This document shows, one piece after another, positions 48,501-59,578 of a stretch of 64,000 bases of DNA. The notes below the pieces were generated by a model that saw only the letters and a program-made list of their open reading frames with translations, was not told where the DNA came from and made no database searches. The DNA is from Tubiluchus corallicola (taxonomy: Eukaryota; Animalia; Priapulida): assembly GCA_030141605.1 (NCBI GenBank), contig JAQGDQ010000070.1, positions 434,001 through 498,000 of the forward strand, in the 5' to 3' direction. The position numbers were made by a program, and so were the translations under genes. Within the stretch, counting starts at the first letter, position 1. The number at the start of each line of letters is the position of its first letter.

Positions 48501-51500
48501 CAGTTGTTTCTGCTGCAGTTGCTTCTGCTGCAACAGTTGTTGGTGCTTCAGTTGCTTCTGCTGCAGTAGTAGTTGGTGCCTTTATTATATCTACCATAGT
48601 TGTTGTTTGTGCTGCAGTGGTTTCTGCTTCTGTAGTTGTTGGTACCACAGTTGTTTTTGCTACAGTAGTTGTTGGTGCCACTGTTGTTTCTGCAGCAGTT
48701 GTTGTTGGTGCCACAGTTGTGTCTGCTGCAGTTGTTTCTGCTACAGTAGTTGTGGGTGCCACAGTTGTTTCTGCTCCAGTTGTTGTTTGTGCTGCAGTTG
48801 TTTCTGCTGCAGTAGTTGTGGGTGCTACAGTTGATTCTGCTGCCGTTGCTCCTGCTGCGCCAGTTGTTGGTGCCACAGTTGTTGTTTGTGCTGCAGTTGT
48901 TTCTGCTGCAGTAGTTGTGAGTGCTACCGTTGTTTCTGCTGCAGTAGTAGTTGGTGCCTTTGTTATTTCTACCGTAGTTGTTGTTCGTGCTGCAGTGGTT
49001 TCTGCTGCTGTAGTTGTTGGCACCAAAGTTGTTTCTGCAGCAGTTGTTGTTGGTGCGACAGTTGTGTCTTCTGCAGTTGTTGTTGGTACTGCGGTTGTTT
49101 CTGCTACAGCAGTTGTGGATGCTACAGTTGCTGTGGGTGCTACAGTGGTTTCTGCTACAGTTGCTGTGGGTGTTACAGTTGTTTCTGCTGCTGTAGTTGT
49201 TGGTACCACAGTTGTTTCTGCTACCGTAGTTGTTGGCGCCACAGTTGTTTCTGCTGCTGTAGTTGTTGGTGCCACAGTTGTGTCTGCTGCAGTTGTTGTT
49301 GGTACTGCAGTTGTTTCTGCTACAGTAGTTGTGGGTGCTACAGTTGTTTCTTCTACAACAGTGGTTTCTGCTGCTGTAGTTGTTGGTGCCACAGTTGTGT
49401 CTGCCGCAGTTGTTGTTGGTGCTGCAGTTGTTTCTGCTACAGTTGCTGTGGGTGCTGCAGTTGTTTCTGCTGCAGTTGCTTCTGCTGCAACAGTTGTTGG
49501 TGCTTCAGTTGCTTCTGCTGCAGTAGTAGTTGGTGCCTTTGTTATTTCTACCGTAGTTGTTGTGTCTGCTGCAGTTGTTGTTGGTACTGCAGTTGTTTCT
49601 GCTACAGTAGTTGTGGGTGCTACAGTTGTTTCTGCTACAACAGTGGTTTCTGCTGCTGTAGTTGTTGGCGCCACAGTTGTTTCTGCAGCAGTTGTTGTTG
49701 GTGCCACAGTTGTGTCTGCTGCAGTTGTTGTTGGTACTGCAGTTGTTTCTGCTACAGTAGTTGTGGGTGCTACAGTTGTTTCTTCTACAACAGTGGTTTC
49801 TGCTGCTGTAGTTGTTGGTGCCACAGTTGTGTCTGCCGCAGTTGTTGTTGGTGCTGCAGTTGTTTCTGCTACAGTTGCTGTGGGTGCTGCAGTTGTTTCT
49901 GCTGCAGTTGCTTCTGCTGCAACAGTTGTTGGTGCTTCAGTTGCTTCTGCTGCAGTAGTAGTTGGTGCCTTTGTTATTTCTACCGTAGTTGTTGTGTCTG
50001 CTGCAGTTGTTGTTGGTACTGCAGTTGTTTCTGCTACAGTAGTTGTGGGTGCTACAGTTGTTTCTGCTACAACAGTGGTTTCTGCTGCTGTAGTTGTTGG
50101 CGCCACAGTTGTTTCTGCAGCAGTTGTTGTTGGTGCCACAGTTGTGTCTGCTGCAGTTGTTGTTGGTACTGCAGTTGTTTCTGCTACAGTAGTTGTTGGT
50201 GCCACAGTTGTTTCTGCTCCAGTAGTAGTTGGTGCCTTTGTTATTTCTACCGTAGTTGTTGTTTGTGCTGCAGTGGTTTCTGCTGCTCTAGTTGTTGGCG
50301 CCACAGTTGTTTCTGCAGCAGTTGTTGTTGGTGGTACCACAGTTGTGTCTGCTGCAGTTGTTGTTGGTGCTGCAGTGGTTTCTGCTGCTGTAGTTGTTGG
50401 CGCCACAATTGTTTCTGCAGCAGTTGTTGTTGGTGCCACAGTTGTGTCTGCTGCAGTTGTTGTTGGTACTGCAGTTGTTTCTGCTGCAGTTGCTTCTGCT
50501 GCAACAGTTGTTGGTGCTTCAGTTGCTTCTGCTGCAGTAGTAGTAGGTGCCTTTGTTATTTCTACCGTAGTTGTTGTTTGTGCTGCAGTGGTTTCTGCTA
50601 CTGTAGTTGTTGGCGCCACAGTTGTTTCTGCAGCAGTTGTTGTTGTTGGTGCCACAGTTATGTCTGCTGCAGTTGTTGGTACTGCAGTTGTTTCTGCTAC
50701 AGTAGTTATGGGTGCTGCAGTGGTTTCTGCTGCTGTAGTTGTTGGCGCCACAGTTGTTTCTACAGCAGTTGTTGTTGGTGTCACAGTTGTGTCTGCTGCT
50801 GTTGTTGTTGGTACTGCAGTTGTTTCTGCTACAATAGTTGTGGGTGCTACCGTTGTTTCTGCTGCAGTAGTTGTGGGTACAATTGTTGTTTCTGCTGCTG
50901 TTGCTGTTGGTGCAGCAGTTGTTTCTGCTGCAGTTGTTGTTTTCGCGTCAGTTGCTTCTTCTGCAGTAGTTGTTGGTGCCACAGTTGTTGCTGCTACAAT
51001 AGTCGTGGGTACATCAGTTGTTTCCGCTGCAGTAGTTATTGGAACTGCAGTTGCAATAGTAGTAGGTGCTGCTGTCGTTTCTGCTGCAGTTGTTTCTGAT
51101 GCCATGGTTGTTGGCGCTTCAGTTGCTTCTGCTGCAGTTGTTTCTGCTGTAGGAGTTGTTAGAGCAGACGTTGTTATTGCTGCTGCAGTTGTTATTGCTA
51201 CAGTTGTCTCTGCTAGAGTTGTTGCTGACACTTCAGTGTCTTCTGCTGCGGTAGTTGTTGGTGCTACAGTTGCTGGTGTTGAAACTACTTCTGCTGCAGT
51301 TGTTGTTGGCGCTTCAGTTGCTTCTGCTGCAGTTGTTTCTGATGCCATGGTTGTTGGTGCTGCAGTAGTTGTTTGTTCTTCAGTTGCTTCAGCAGCAGTA
51401 GTTCCTAGTGCCTCAGTTGCTTCTTCTGTAGTTGTTGGTGCTGCAGTTGTGTCTGCTGCAGTTGTTATTATAGCTACCATTGTTTCTGCAATAGTTGTTG

Positions 51501-54500
51501 GTGCTTCAGTTGCTTCAGCAGCGGTAGTTGTTGGTGCTACAGTTGCTTCTTCTGTAGTTGTTGGTGCTGCAGTTGTGTCTGCTGCAGTTGTTGTTGGTGC
51601 TACAGTTGCTTCTGCTGCAACAGTTGTTGGTGCTTCAGTTGCTTCTGCTGCAGTAGTTGTTATAAATGTGGTTGTTTCAGCTGCAGTTGTTGTTGAAGCA
51701 GCACTTGTTTCTCTTGCCGTAATTGTTAAAGCTTCAGTGGTTTCTGTTGCAGCAGTTGTTGGTAATTCAGTTGCCTCTGCTGCAATAGTTGTTGGCGATG
51801 CAGTTATTTCTGCTGCAGTAGTTGTTGGTGCCATAGTTATTTCTACCATAGTTGTTGTTTGTGCTGCAGTGGTTTCTGCTGCTGTAGTTGTTGGCGCCAC
51901 AGTTGTTTCTGCGACAGTTGTTGTTGGTGCCACAGTTGTTGTTTGTGCCACAGTTGTTTCTGCTGCAGTTATTGTTGGTACTGCAGTTGTTTCTGCCACA
52001 GTAGTTGTGGGCGCTACAGTTGTTTCTGCTGCAGTTGTTGTTTGTGCCTCAGTTGCTTCATCTGCAGTAGTTGGTGGTGCCACAGTTGTTGCTGCTACAA
52101 TAGTTGTGGGTGCATCAGTTGTTTCCGCTGCAGTAGTTACTGGAACTGCAGTTGTTTTTGCTGCAGTAGTGACTGGTGAATCTGTTGTTTCTGTTGCAGT
52201 TGTTATTGGTGATCCGGTTATCTCAGCAACTGTAGCTATTTTTGTTGCAGTTGTTGTAAGTGCTTCGGTTACTTCTTCTGCAGTAGTAGTTTGTGCTGCA
52301 ATGGTTTCTGCTGCTGTAGTTGTTGACGCCACAGTTGTTTCTGCAGCAGTTGTTGTTGGTGCCACAGTTGTGTCTGCTGCAGTTGTTGTTGGTACTGCAG
52401 TTGTTTCTGCTACAGTAGTTGTGGGTGCCACAGTTGTTTCTGCTGCAGTAGTTGTAGGTACAACTGCTGTTTCTGCTGCTGTTGCTGTTGGTGCAGCAGT
52501 GGTTTCTGCTGCTGTTGCTGTTGGTGCAGCAGTTGTTTCTGCTGTAGTTGTTGTTGGTGCCACAGTTGTTGCTGCTACAATTGTTGTGGGTACATCAGTT
52601 GTTTCTGCTACAATAGTTGTAGGTGCATCAGTTGTTTCTACTGCAGTAGTTATTGGAACTGCAGTTGTTTCTGCTACAGTAGTTGTTGGTGCCACAGTTG
52701 TTTCTGCTCCAGTTGTTGTTTGTGCTGCAGTTGTTTCTGCTGCAGTAGTCGTTGGTGTTGGTGCCTCAGTAGCTTCTTCTGCAGTAGTTGTTGGTGCCAC
52801 AGTTGTTTCTGCCACAATAGTTGTGGGTGCATCAGTTGTTTCTACTGCAGTAGTGATTGGAACTGCAGTTGTTTTTGCTGCAGTAGTGGTTGGTGAATCT
52901 GTTGCTTCTGGTGCAGTTATTGTTGGTGCTGCAGTTGTTTCTGGTGCTGTTGCTGTTGGTGCAGCAGTTGTTGTAGGTGCTTCGGTTACTTCTGCTGCAG
53001 TAGTAGTTGGTGACTCAGTTATTTCTACCATAGTTGTTGTTTGTGCTGCAGAGGTTTCTGCTGCTGTAGTTGTTGGCGCCACAGTTGTATCTGCAGCAGT
53101 TGTTGTTGGTGCCACAGTTGTGTCTGCTGCAGTTGTTGTTTCTGCTGCCATGGTTGTTGGTGCTGCAGTTGTTGGTGGTGCTTCAGTTGCTTCTGCTGCA
53201 GTTGTTATTGGCGCTCCAGTTGCTTCTGCTTCAGTTGTTATTATAGCTACCATTGTTTCTGCAATAGTTGTTGGTGCTGCAGTTGTTTCTGCTGCAGTAG
53301 TTGTTGGTGCCTCAGTTACTTCTCCTGTAGTTGTGGGTACCACAGTTGTTTCTGCTGCAGTAGTCATTGATGCCACAGTTGTTTCTGCTGCAGTTGTTGT
53401 TGCTGTTGCAGTTGTTTGTGATGCAGTAGGTGTGGGTGCTACAGTTGTTTCTGCTGTAGTAGTTGTTCGTGCAGCAGTTGTTTCTGCTGCAGTTGTAGTA
53501 TGTTCCGCAGTTGTTTCTGCTGCAGTTGTTGTTGGTGTTTCAGTTGTTTCTGCTGCTGTTGTTGTTGGTATAGCAGTTGTTCCTGCTGCAGTTGTTGTTT
53601 GTGCCTCAGTTGCTTCTTCTGCAGTAGTTGTGGGTACCACAGTTGTTTCTGCTGCAGTAGTCATTGGTGCCACAGTTGTGTCTGCTGCAGTTGTTGTTGC
53701 TGTTGCAGTTGTTTCTGCTGCAGTTGTTGTTTGTGCCTCAGTTGTTTCTGCTGCTGTTGTTGTTGGTACAGCAGTTGTTCCTGCTGCAGTTGTTGTTTGT
53801 ACCCCAGTTGCTTCTTCTGCAGTAGTTGTTGGTGCCACAGTTGTTTCTGCCACAATAATTATGGGTACATCAGTTGTTTCTGCTACAACAGTTGTGGGTA
53901 CCACAGTTGTTTCTGCTGCAGTAGTCATTGGTGCCACAGTTGTTTCTGCTGCAGTTGTTGTTGCTGTTGCAGTTGTTTCTGCTGCAGTTGTTGTTTGTGC
54001 CTCGGTTGCTTCTTCTGCAGTAGTTGTTGGTGCCACAGTTGTTTCTGCCACAATAATTATGGGTACATCAGTTGTTTCTGCTACAACAGTTGTGGGTGCA
54101 TCAGTTGCTTCTTCTGCAGTTGTAGTATGTACTGCAGTTGTTTCTGCTGCAGTTGTTGTTGGCGCTGCAGTTATTTCTGCTACCGTTGTTGTTGGCGCCA
54201 CCGCTGGCATCGCTTGAGTTCCTACATCGTCTGGTATTGGGGTCTCAGTAAGCCTCACTGCTGCAGTTGTTACTGGGGCTCCAGGGGAAGCTACGGTAAC
54301 ACCCGCAGTTTCAAGTGGTTCCCCTGCTGTTTCGGTTTCTGGTAATTCGGTAGGTGGGGCTGCAGTAGTTTCTACTACATCTTCAGCAGACGTAGTTTCT
54401 AGTCCCACTGTCGTCTCTGGCATGGTGGCACTAGTTTGAAAACTGAGTGTTGTCGTTTCTTCTGCATCAGTTTTGGTAGTTTGCATATCTATCGTGCTTG

Positions 54501-55200
54501 CTTGTGACATGGTGCTTTTATCTGGCGCCTGTGATGTAGTTACGTCTACCCCCACGGATGTATTATCACGTTTTTCAAAAGAAAAGTCGTCTGTATCAGT
54601 AGGTTTTGCAGTGCTTACGCTTTCGTCAGGTGTAATATCGCTTTTTGCAGTTGTCGATACAGTTGTTGGGGGTTTTGCTGTCCCAAATAATTTCTGCAGT
54701 TCTCGAATTTCGTTATGTAATTTACGTACCGCATCCTTTAAGTACTGAATTTGTTCTTCGTGGTAATCCGTGGAAGCCTCTAACTGGGTTTGCAAGTGCA
54801 CATTTAGCTGTTTTTCATTATCGAGTTGCGCCTTTAAAAATCGCAACCAAATTCTGGCGTTGTTCACCGACAGATCTTTCACTCGAGTCAAATTAAAAAA
54901 CGCCGTTTGATTGCCTACGTTTTCGACGACCGTTTCATTATCACTCACCATACGATCCTTGAGATCAGTGCACAAATTCACCAATTCTGCATATCCACTT
55001 TTGGCCAGCGCGTCAGTGGCATAATAATTCACAGTTATGTGCGGTTGTTCCAGCCAAAACTCACCGCTGATTTCCTGAGGATTTACGGAATAATAAGAGC
55101 CCGTTTCTCCTGGGTCCCTCCACGTGGGCGCCCCTTGAACACAGGAAAGCGCGCAGAGCAGCCAAAACCACGGCAGCAACACCGGCACCATTTTGGCCAT
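42525..55200 (-). CDS. Giant secreted mucin-like/MAM-domain protein, exon 1 (12,676 nt)
   Basis: ATG at 55200; signal peptide MVPVLLPWFWLLCALSCVQG-AP; coiled coil; ~3100 aa of Thr/Ala/Glu/Val/Pro repeats (11-aa PTTTAAETTVA type); ~34 16-aa QSVEDTTTQPSAETAT repeats; poly-Asp tract. Ends DEAV-T|gtaagt (phase 1). Confidence 0.9.
43100..44765 (-). repeat. Coding minisatellite, 48-bp unit, ~34 copies
   Basis: ctgtgttgtagtgtcctcaacagactgcgttgcagtttctgctgaagg repeated; encodes QSVEDTTTQ(P/L)SAET(A/T)(T/V). Confidence 0.95.
44930..54200 (-). repeat. Coding degenerate minisatellite, ~33-bp base unit (mucin PTS domain)
   Basis: gttgttggtgccacagttgtttctgctgcagta-type units throughout; includes an apparently exact 432-bp-period duplication at 49262-50196. 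Confidence 0.95.
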
Positions 55201-55330
55201 GTCATAAGCACATATGAACCACTAAAATCATCACAGTATAAATAATAAAGTGCACTTTTTCACAATCACCTGAGATAACGACAATGACGACAACGACACC
55301 TGTAAAACTCTGCGCTGTCGGCTGCTATGG

Positions 55331-55336
55331 TTTATA
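55331..55336 (-). promoter_or_regulatory. Candidate TATA box of the mucin-MAM gene
   Basis: TATAAA on the minus strand ~130 nt upstream of the ATG, with an initiator-like cagagtt about 25-30 nt downstream. Confidence 0.45.
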
Positions 55337-55854
55337 TTTTGCGCAGAGCGCTTATTTCTGCTTTAGAAACACAAGCGCTAAGTGAAGCAATGCATGAATT
55401 GTCAGATCTGCCCCGCCTACCTTGATTGACGTGTGGTACCGTTATGCACTCACTGTCTCCCCGTCACTCTCCCCTTCAGGCCATGAACTTGCGCGAAAAC
55501 AGCTTAACATAGTGAGAGTTCATATTGCGCGAAATTGCTCAGCAAGCAACTAATCGAAACGGCTTACCTGTCTCACCTGAGTACTGTTTACCTGTCTTAC
55601 CTGAGTGCTGTGCGCCTGCAGCTTTTTGACTTTCTCCAAAAGTTGTGAGCAGCAAAATTAAAAACGAAAGAATTTATTTGTGTGAAATGAAGTATGTAAT
55701 TTTTTTGCATAATATGTTATGTATGACAAAAGTTCAATGTACAAAAGAGTGAATGACTGAGTAAAGGTGTAACGGGATGAGCGTAAGAGTGAATGAGTAA
55801 GTATGCGAATGAATAAAGTAAGAGAAAAAACAAAAAGAATAAGTGAACCAATAA

Positions 55855-56027
55855 ATGAATGAATGAATGAATGAATGGATGGATGGATGGATGAATGAAT
55901 GAATGGATGAATGAATGAATGAATGAATGAATGAATGAATGAATGAATGAATGAATGAATGAATGAATGAATGAATGAATGAATGAATGAATGAATGAAT
56001 GAATGAATGAATGAATGAATGAATGAA
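55855..56027. repeat. (ATGA/ATGG)n microsatellite
   Basis: Direct read. Confidence 0.95.
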
Positions 56028-56554
56028 TAAACCAACAACAAATAAATCAACTGTCAAAGAAATTAGTCAATACGCAAACCATTCCTCCGAGACTTCTTTG
56101 AACGCAGTCTTGACTTTTTCTAGAAAATGACATATTTTTATCTCTGCTTTTTTTGTTAATTTACTAGGACTCCTTCACTACTCCCTAAATCATTTATTTG
56201 TTGCGGTATGCACGGAATTTATTATTTTAATTTATATCTCAGCTGGATTTTAGTGCAACAAAATTATCAAAGTTTTAGTGGCACAAACCAAACATTTGTC
56301 CCCATTTCAGATCCGGCTGTGTTAATTAGCATTAATTGGCCAACCGCTTGACCTCTGAATGGACTTTGTCACCAACGCGTTTAATATCTCTTGTAAACTT
56401 TCTCATCAAGTTTTAATAACAACTTTGCACTTCAATTCAGTGATTCGTCGAAAACCCCTATTGTTACCGAGTTTCATAACATTGTATTCAAAACTGGACC
56501 AGACAGAAAAAGAACAAACAGGACAATGGCAACCACGACAGCGTTGACAATGAA

Positions 56555-56742
56555 TAAGATGATGATAACAACGATGGTGATGGCAATACTCAGAATGACT
56601 TTAGTAGAATGATGACGATAGTGATGATGATGATGATGATGATGATGATGACGACGACGATGATAATGATGATGGCAGTGACGACGACGGTGATGATGAT
56701 GTTGATGATGATAACACTGATGACTATAACTGTGATAATAAT
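56555..56742. repeat. Degenerate (GAT/GAC)n microsatellite
   Basis: Direct read. Confidence 0.9.
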
Positions 56743-58435
56743 CGTATAAGCAATATTGCGAGTACATGTGTTTTTTCACTGCTTTGAAGTACAAAAGTAA
56801 TGCGTAAGTTTATTCGATGATCAGTTCTTTCCATCTTACCGCCAGCCCTGTAGAATTTACCGTAAATTTCAAATGTAGTCTCCTGATTACTTAGCTTTCT
56901 GCAGACGAGGAAGGCGCATAAATAGGGGAGTTACATTGACAACAATGGAACACCCAAAGCGCACACTAATTCTAAATGCATTGTGGGTACTTACACTACG
57001 TACGCTTCAGACTGTCAAAATGATATTATTGTACGTGCGAGGCGAGCTGTTCTTACAGTGAAAAATACGACCGTTTTATGAAACAGCGGCATTGTTGTGT
57101 CAGCAATGAAACTGAAAGTTTGAGAAAATTCTTTTGTCTATAACATAAAAAACTAGACTAATTACCATGCCCATCGCGCAGCCCCTGGCATTTTTTATTC
57201 TCCCACTGTGACACCAAAACTAATGTGAAGTTTTCGCGTCTCAGTTTTTCTTTACATTCACTTTCTTCTAATTTCAGTTTCGTTTGACAAAGCGACGAGG
57301 ACAATCATTATAGTTAGGTTAATAGGCCAAACTAAAAGTGAAGTAAAAGTTGCACACGCCACAAGTCATCCTAATAATGCCACAAGTCATTCTAATAATG
57401 CCTCTAATTTCTTTGTGTTACATTGATTTAGAATTCGCCCCGAGGTAAAGTTTCACTGTATGGCTGCTGGGACGTGTCTTGACAACTTACGAGAGTTGTT
57501 TTGGTGGTTTAAAACTTTCAATTTTCATAAGTTAATCGATTTTTAAACTTTGACTTCAGCATCGTGTTTAACGTACTTATTAGGCCTGCTGAAGCGAATT
57601 GACATTGTTTTCACATTTTGTGAAATTTGTTGAAATTTGGCATTTTTTGCTAATTAAACATGTCAAAAGAAAACTTTATTAAATAAACCAAAGTGTTTAA
57701 GCAATAACGCAGTCTGTTGGAGAGCATAACTGTTCAGGAAGTGCACATGTGTATTACAGGCGTATTGCAGGTGTGCTCAGGTGATTTCAGGGAGCGGAAT
57801 GCAGATTTATGCAGCTTAAATCAAGCATAACACATTAATTTGACGTAGTCAACGCTTTGGAATTCGGAAATGCGTTAATTCTTATTAATAATGATCAATA
57901 AGTTGGCCACGCCCATATAAAATATAGTTTTATCTCGTGACATCTGGTCTTTTATGCATTGCTTCGTTGATTAAATTAATAAGAGTCATGGATTGACGAA
58001 CACCTTGAATCAGAATCTAAGTCTGGATGGTGTCGTATAATAATTATAATTATTTCATCGCCAGGTGAAAATTCAGCAGGGTCGGCTTGAAATGCATGCA
58101 CAGAAAACGTAAGAAATATGAAAGTTTTAAACTGGAACTTTGAAAAATTAACACATTTATCAGTATCAAAATTACAGACCTAATGAAAAAAATCGCATTC
58201 CAAATACTGGAGGTGTACAGGCTATAATAGAGGTGGTCACTAAAAGTTTGTGGTTGCTGATGAAGGATCCTACATATTTGAAAGGTAGCATAAACATCGG
58301 TGTTTCAAAAGTTCCCAATTTTTTAAGAATTTATTAAAAATTAATACCAATTGCAACAAGTATCAAGCAACACTATGTGGGTCCAGTCTCCGATTCGCGA
58401 GAATTATGATGTCATCAAATTCGGTTTCATAAGTC

Positions 58436-58472
58436 TATTATTATTATTATTATTATTATTACTATTGTTATT
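58436..58472. repeat. (TTA)n microsatellite
   Basis: Direct read. Confidence 0.85.
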
Positions 58473-59058
58473 AAAGCCATTTATTTTCGACCCACCCCTC
58501 TATAATGTGGTGGTCTCGTCTTTGCGAAGCCGTTGTATAGTGGTGTTGAATACCTGGTATGAAACCGCCGCCATGGAATGGCCTTGTCGGTTCAGTGGGT
58601 GAACGGGCAGATGGGTTTTCCACCTCAGCACCTGTTCCGTAATGACAACCGGCATGGAGCACAATGGATTAGATATCTGGCGAGTTTCTCAATTCTGTAA
58701 TTTCACTTTTACTCCTCCTTTTTTACGCTTCTTCACAAATACGCCGTATCAGCGCATCAGCATCATCCGCTTTTCGTTACATTATTATTATTACATAATA
58801 TAGTCCCAAATATATAAAAATACTCAGTTGCGATTTGTAACCACCGATCTTACAAAGCCTAAAATAAATCATAAAACTATATGCACTATAAAAAGCCTTG
58901 AAAATTTAAGTTAAAAAATCTACTAAGGGATTCTAATTTACATCTTTATACTTACCACTCTTTACTGCATATATACAGGTGATCTTACATAGTATACAAT
59001 CAGCATAGTAGCAGAAGAACAATATACATGTAGAATCAAGGAATTCTCGACTTTTAAG

Positions 59059-59578
59059 CAGTGGCGGTTGAGCTTATGTATATGTGGTTTGGTACTGCAG
59101 CACCCCAGGGCTTTCACTCATTATTATTAATAATATTCAATATAACAAGTCTTTTTTTAGTTAACTCGTTCTTTATACTTGTGCGAAACCGGATCTCGTA
59201 AGGGAAGTACAATTTGCTTCACAGCCCAAGCAACGTGGTGTTTGGCTGCTGTGCGCATGCGCACACGTCTGAGATATGACGCTGTACATTAGGTAGAAAG
59301 AGTACTGTCGCTCACTGCAGTACGTGTTGTCAGTTCTCACATGCTTAAAAGCCGTTTACGGCACATTCTTGAACAACGAAAATTTAATCTATACGTAAGA
59401 AAACAATACTTTTGTTCAGGAGTTTATCAAGGTTATGTTTAAATCAGTTTATTTGTTTAAAATTACAATTACAACATTATAATTACATAAGTTTGTTTCG
59501 TTTTACACAGTATTAAAACAATGGCTAAAAAATTATTTTTGCAGCACCCCCACTAAATATAGCTGCCAGCCGGCACTT
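59059..59578. mobile_element. Non-autonomous hAT-like DNA transposon with 8-bp target-site duplication
   Basis: Ends cagtggcgg... / ...ccggcactt (imperfect TIR). Flanks cttttaag (59051-59058) and cttttgag (59579-59586) match at 7/8. Subterminal gcagcacccc near both ends. Confidence 0.7.

Noticed and set aside
43439-54345. Very long plus-strand Val/Ala-rich and Cys-rich ORFs (up to 2497 aa), plus Gln/Leu-rich alternative frames
   Set aside because: Shadows of the ACA/ACT/GCA-rich mucin repeats, which lack stops in other frames. No signal peptide, unique domain or splice context.
55658-56794. HSFI-repeat and poly-His ORFs
   Set aside because: Microsatellite translations.
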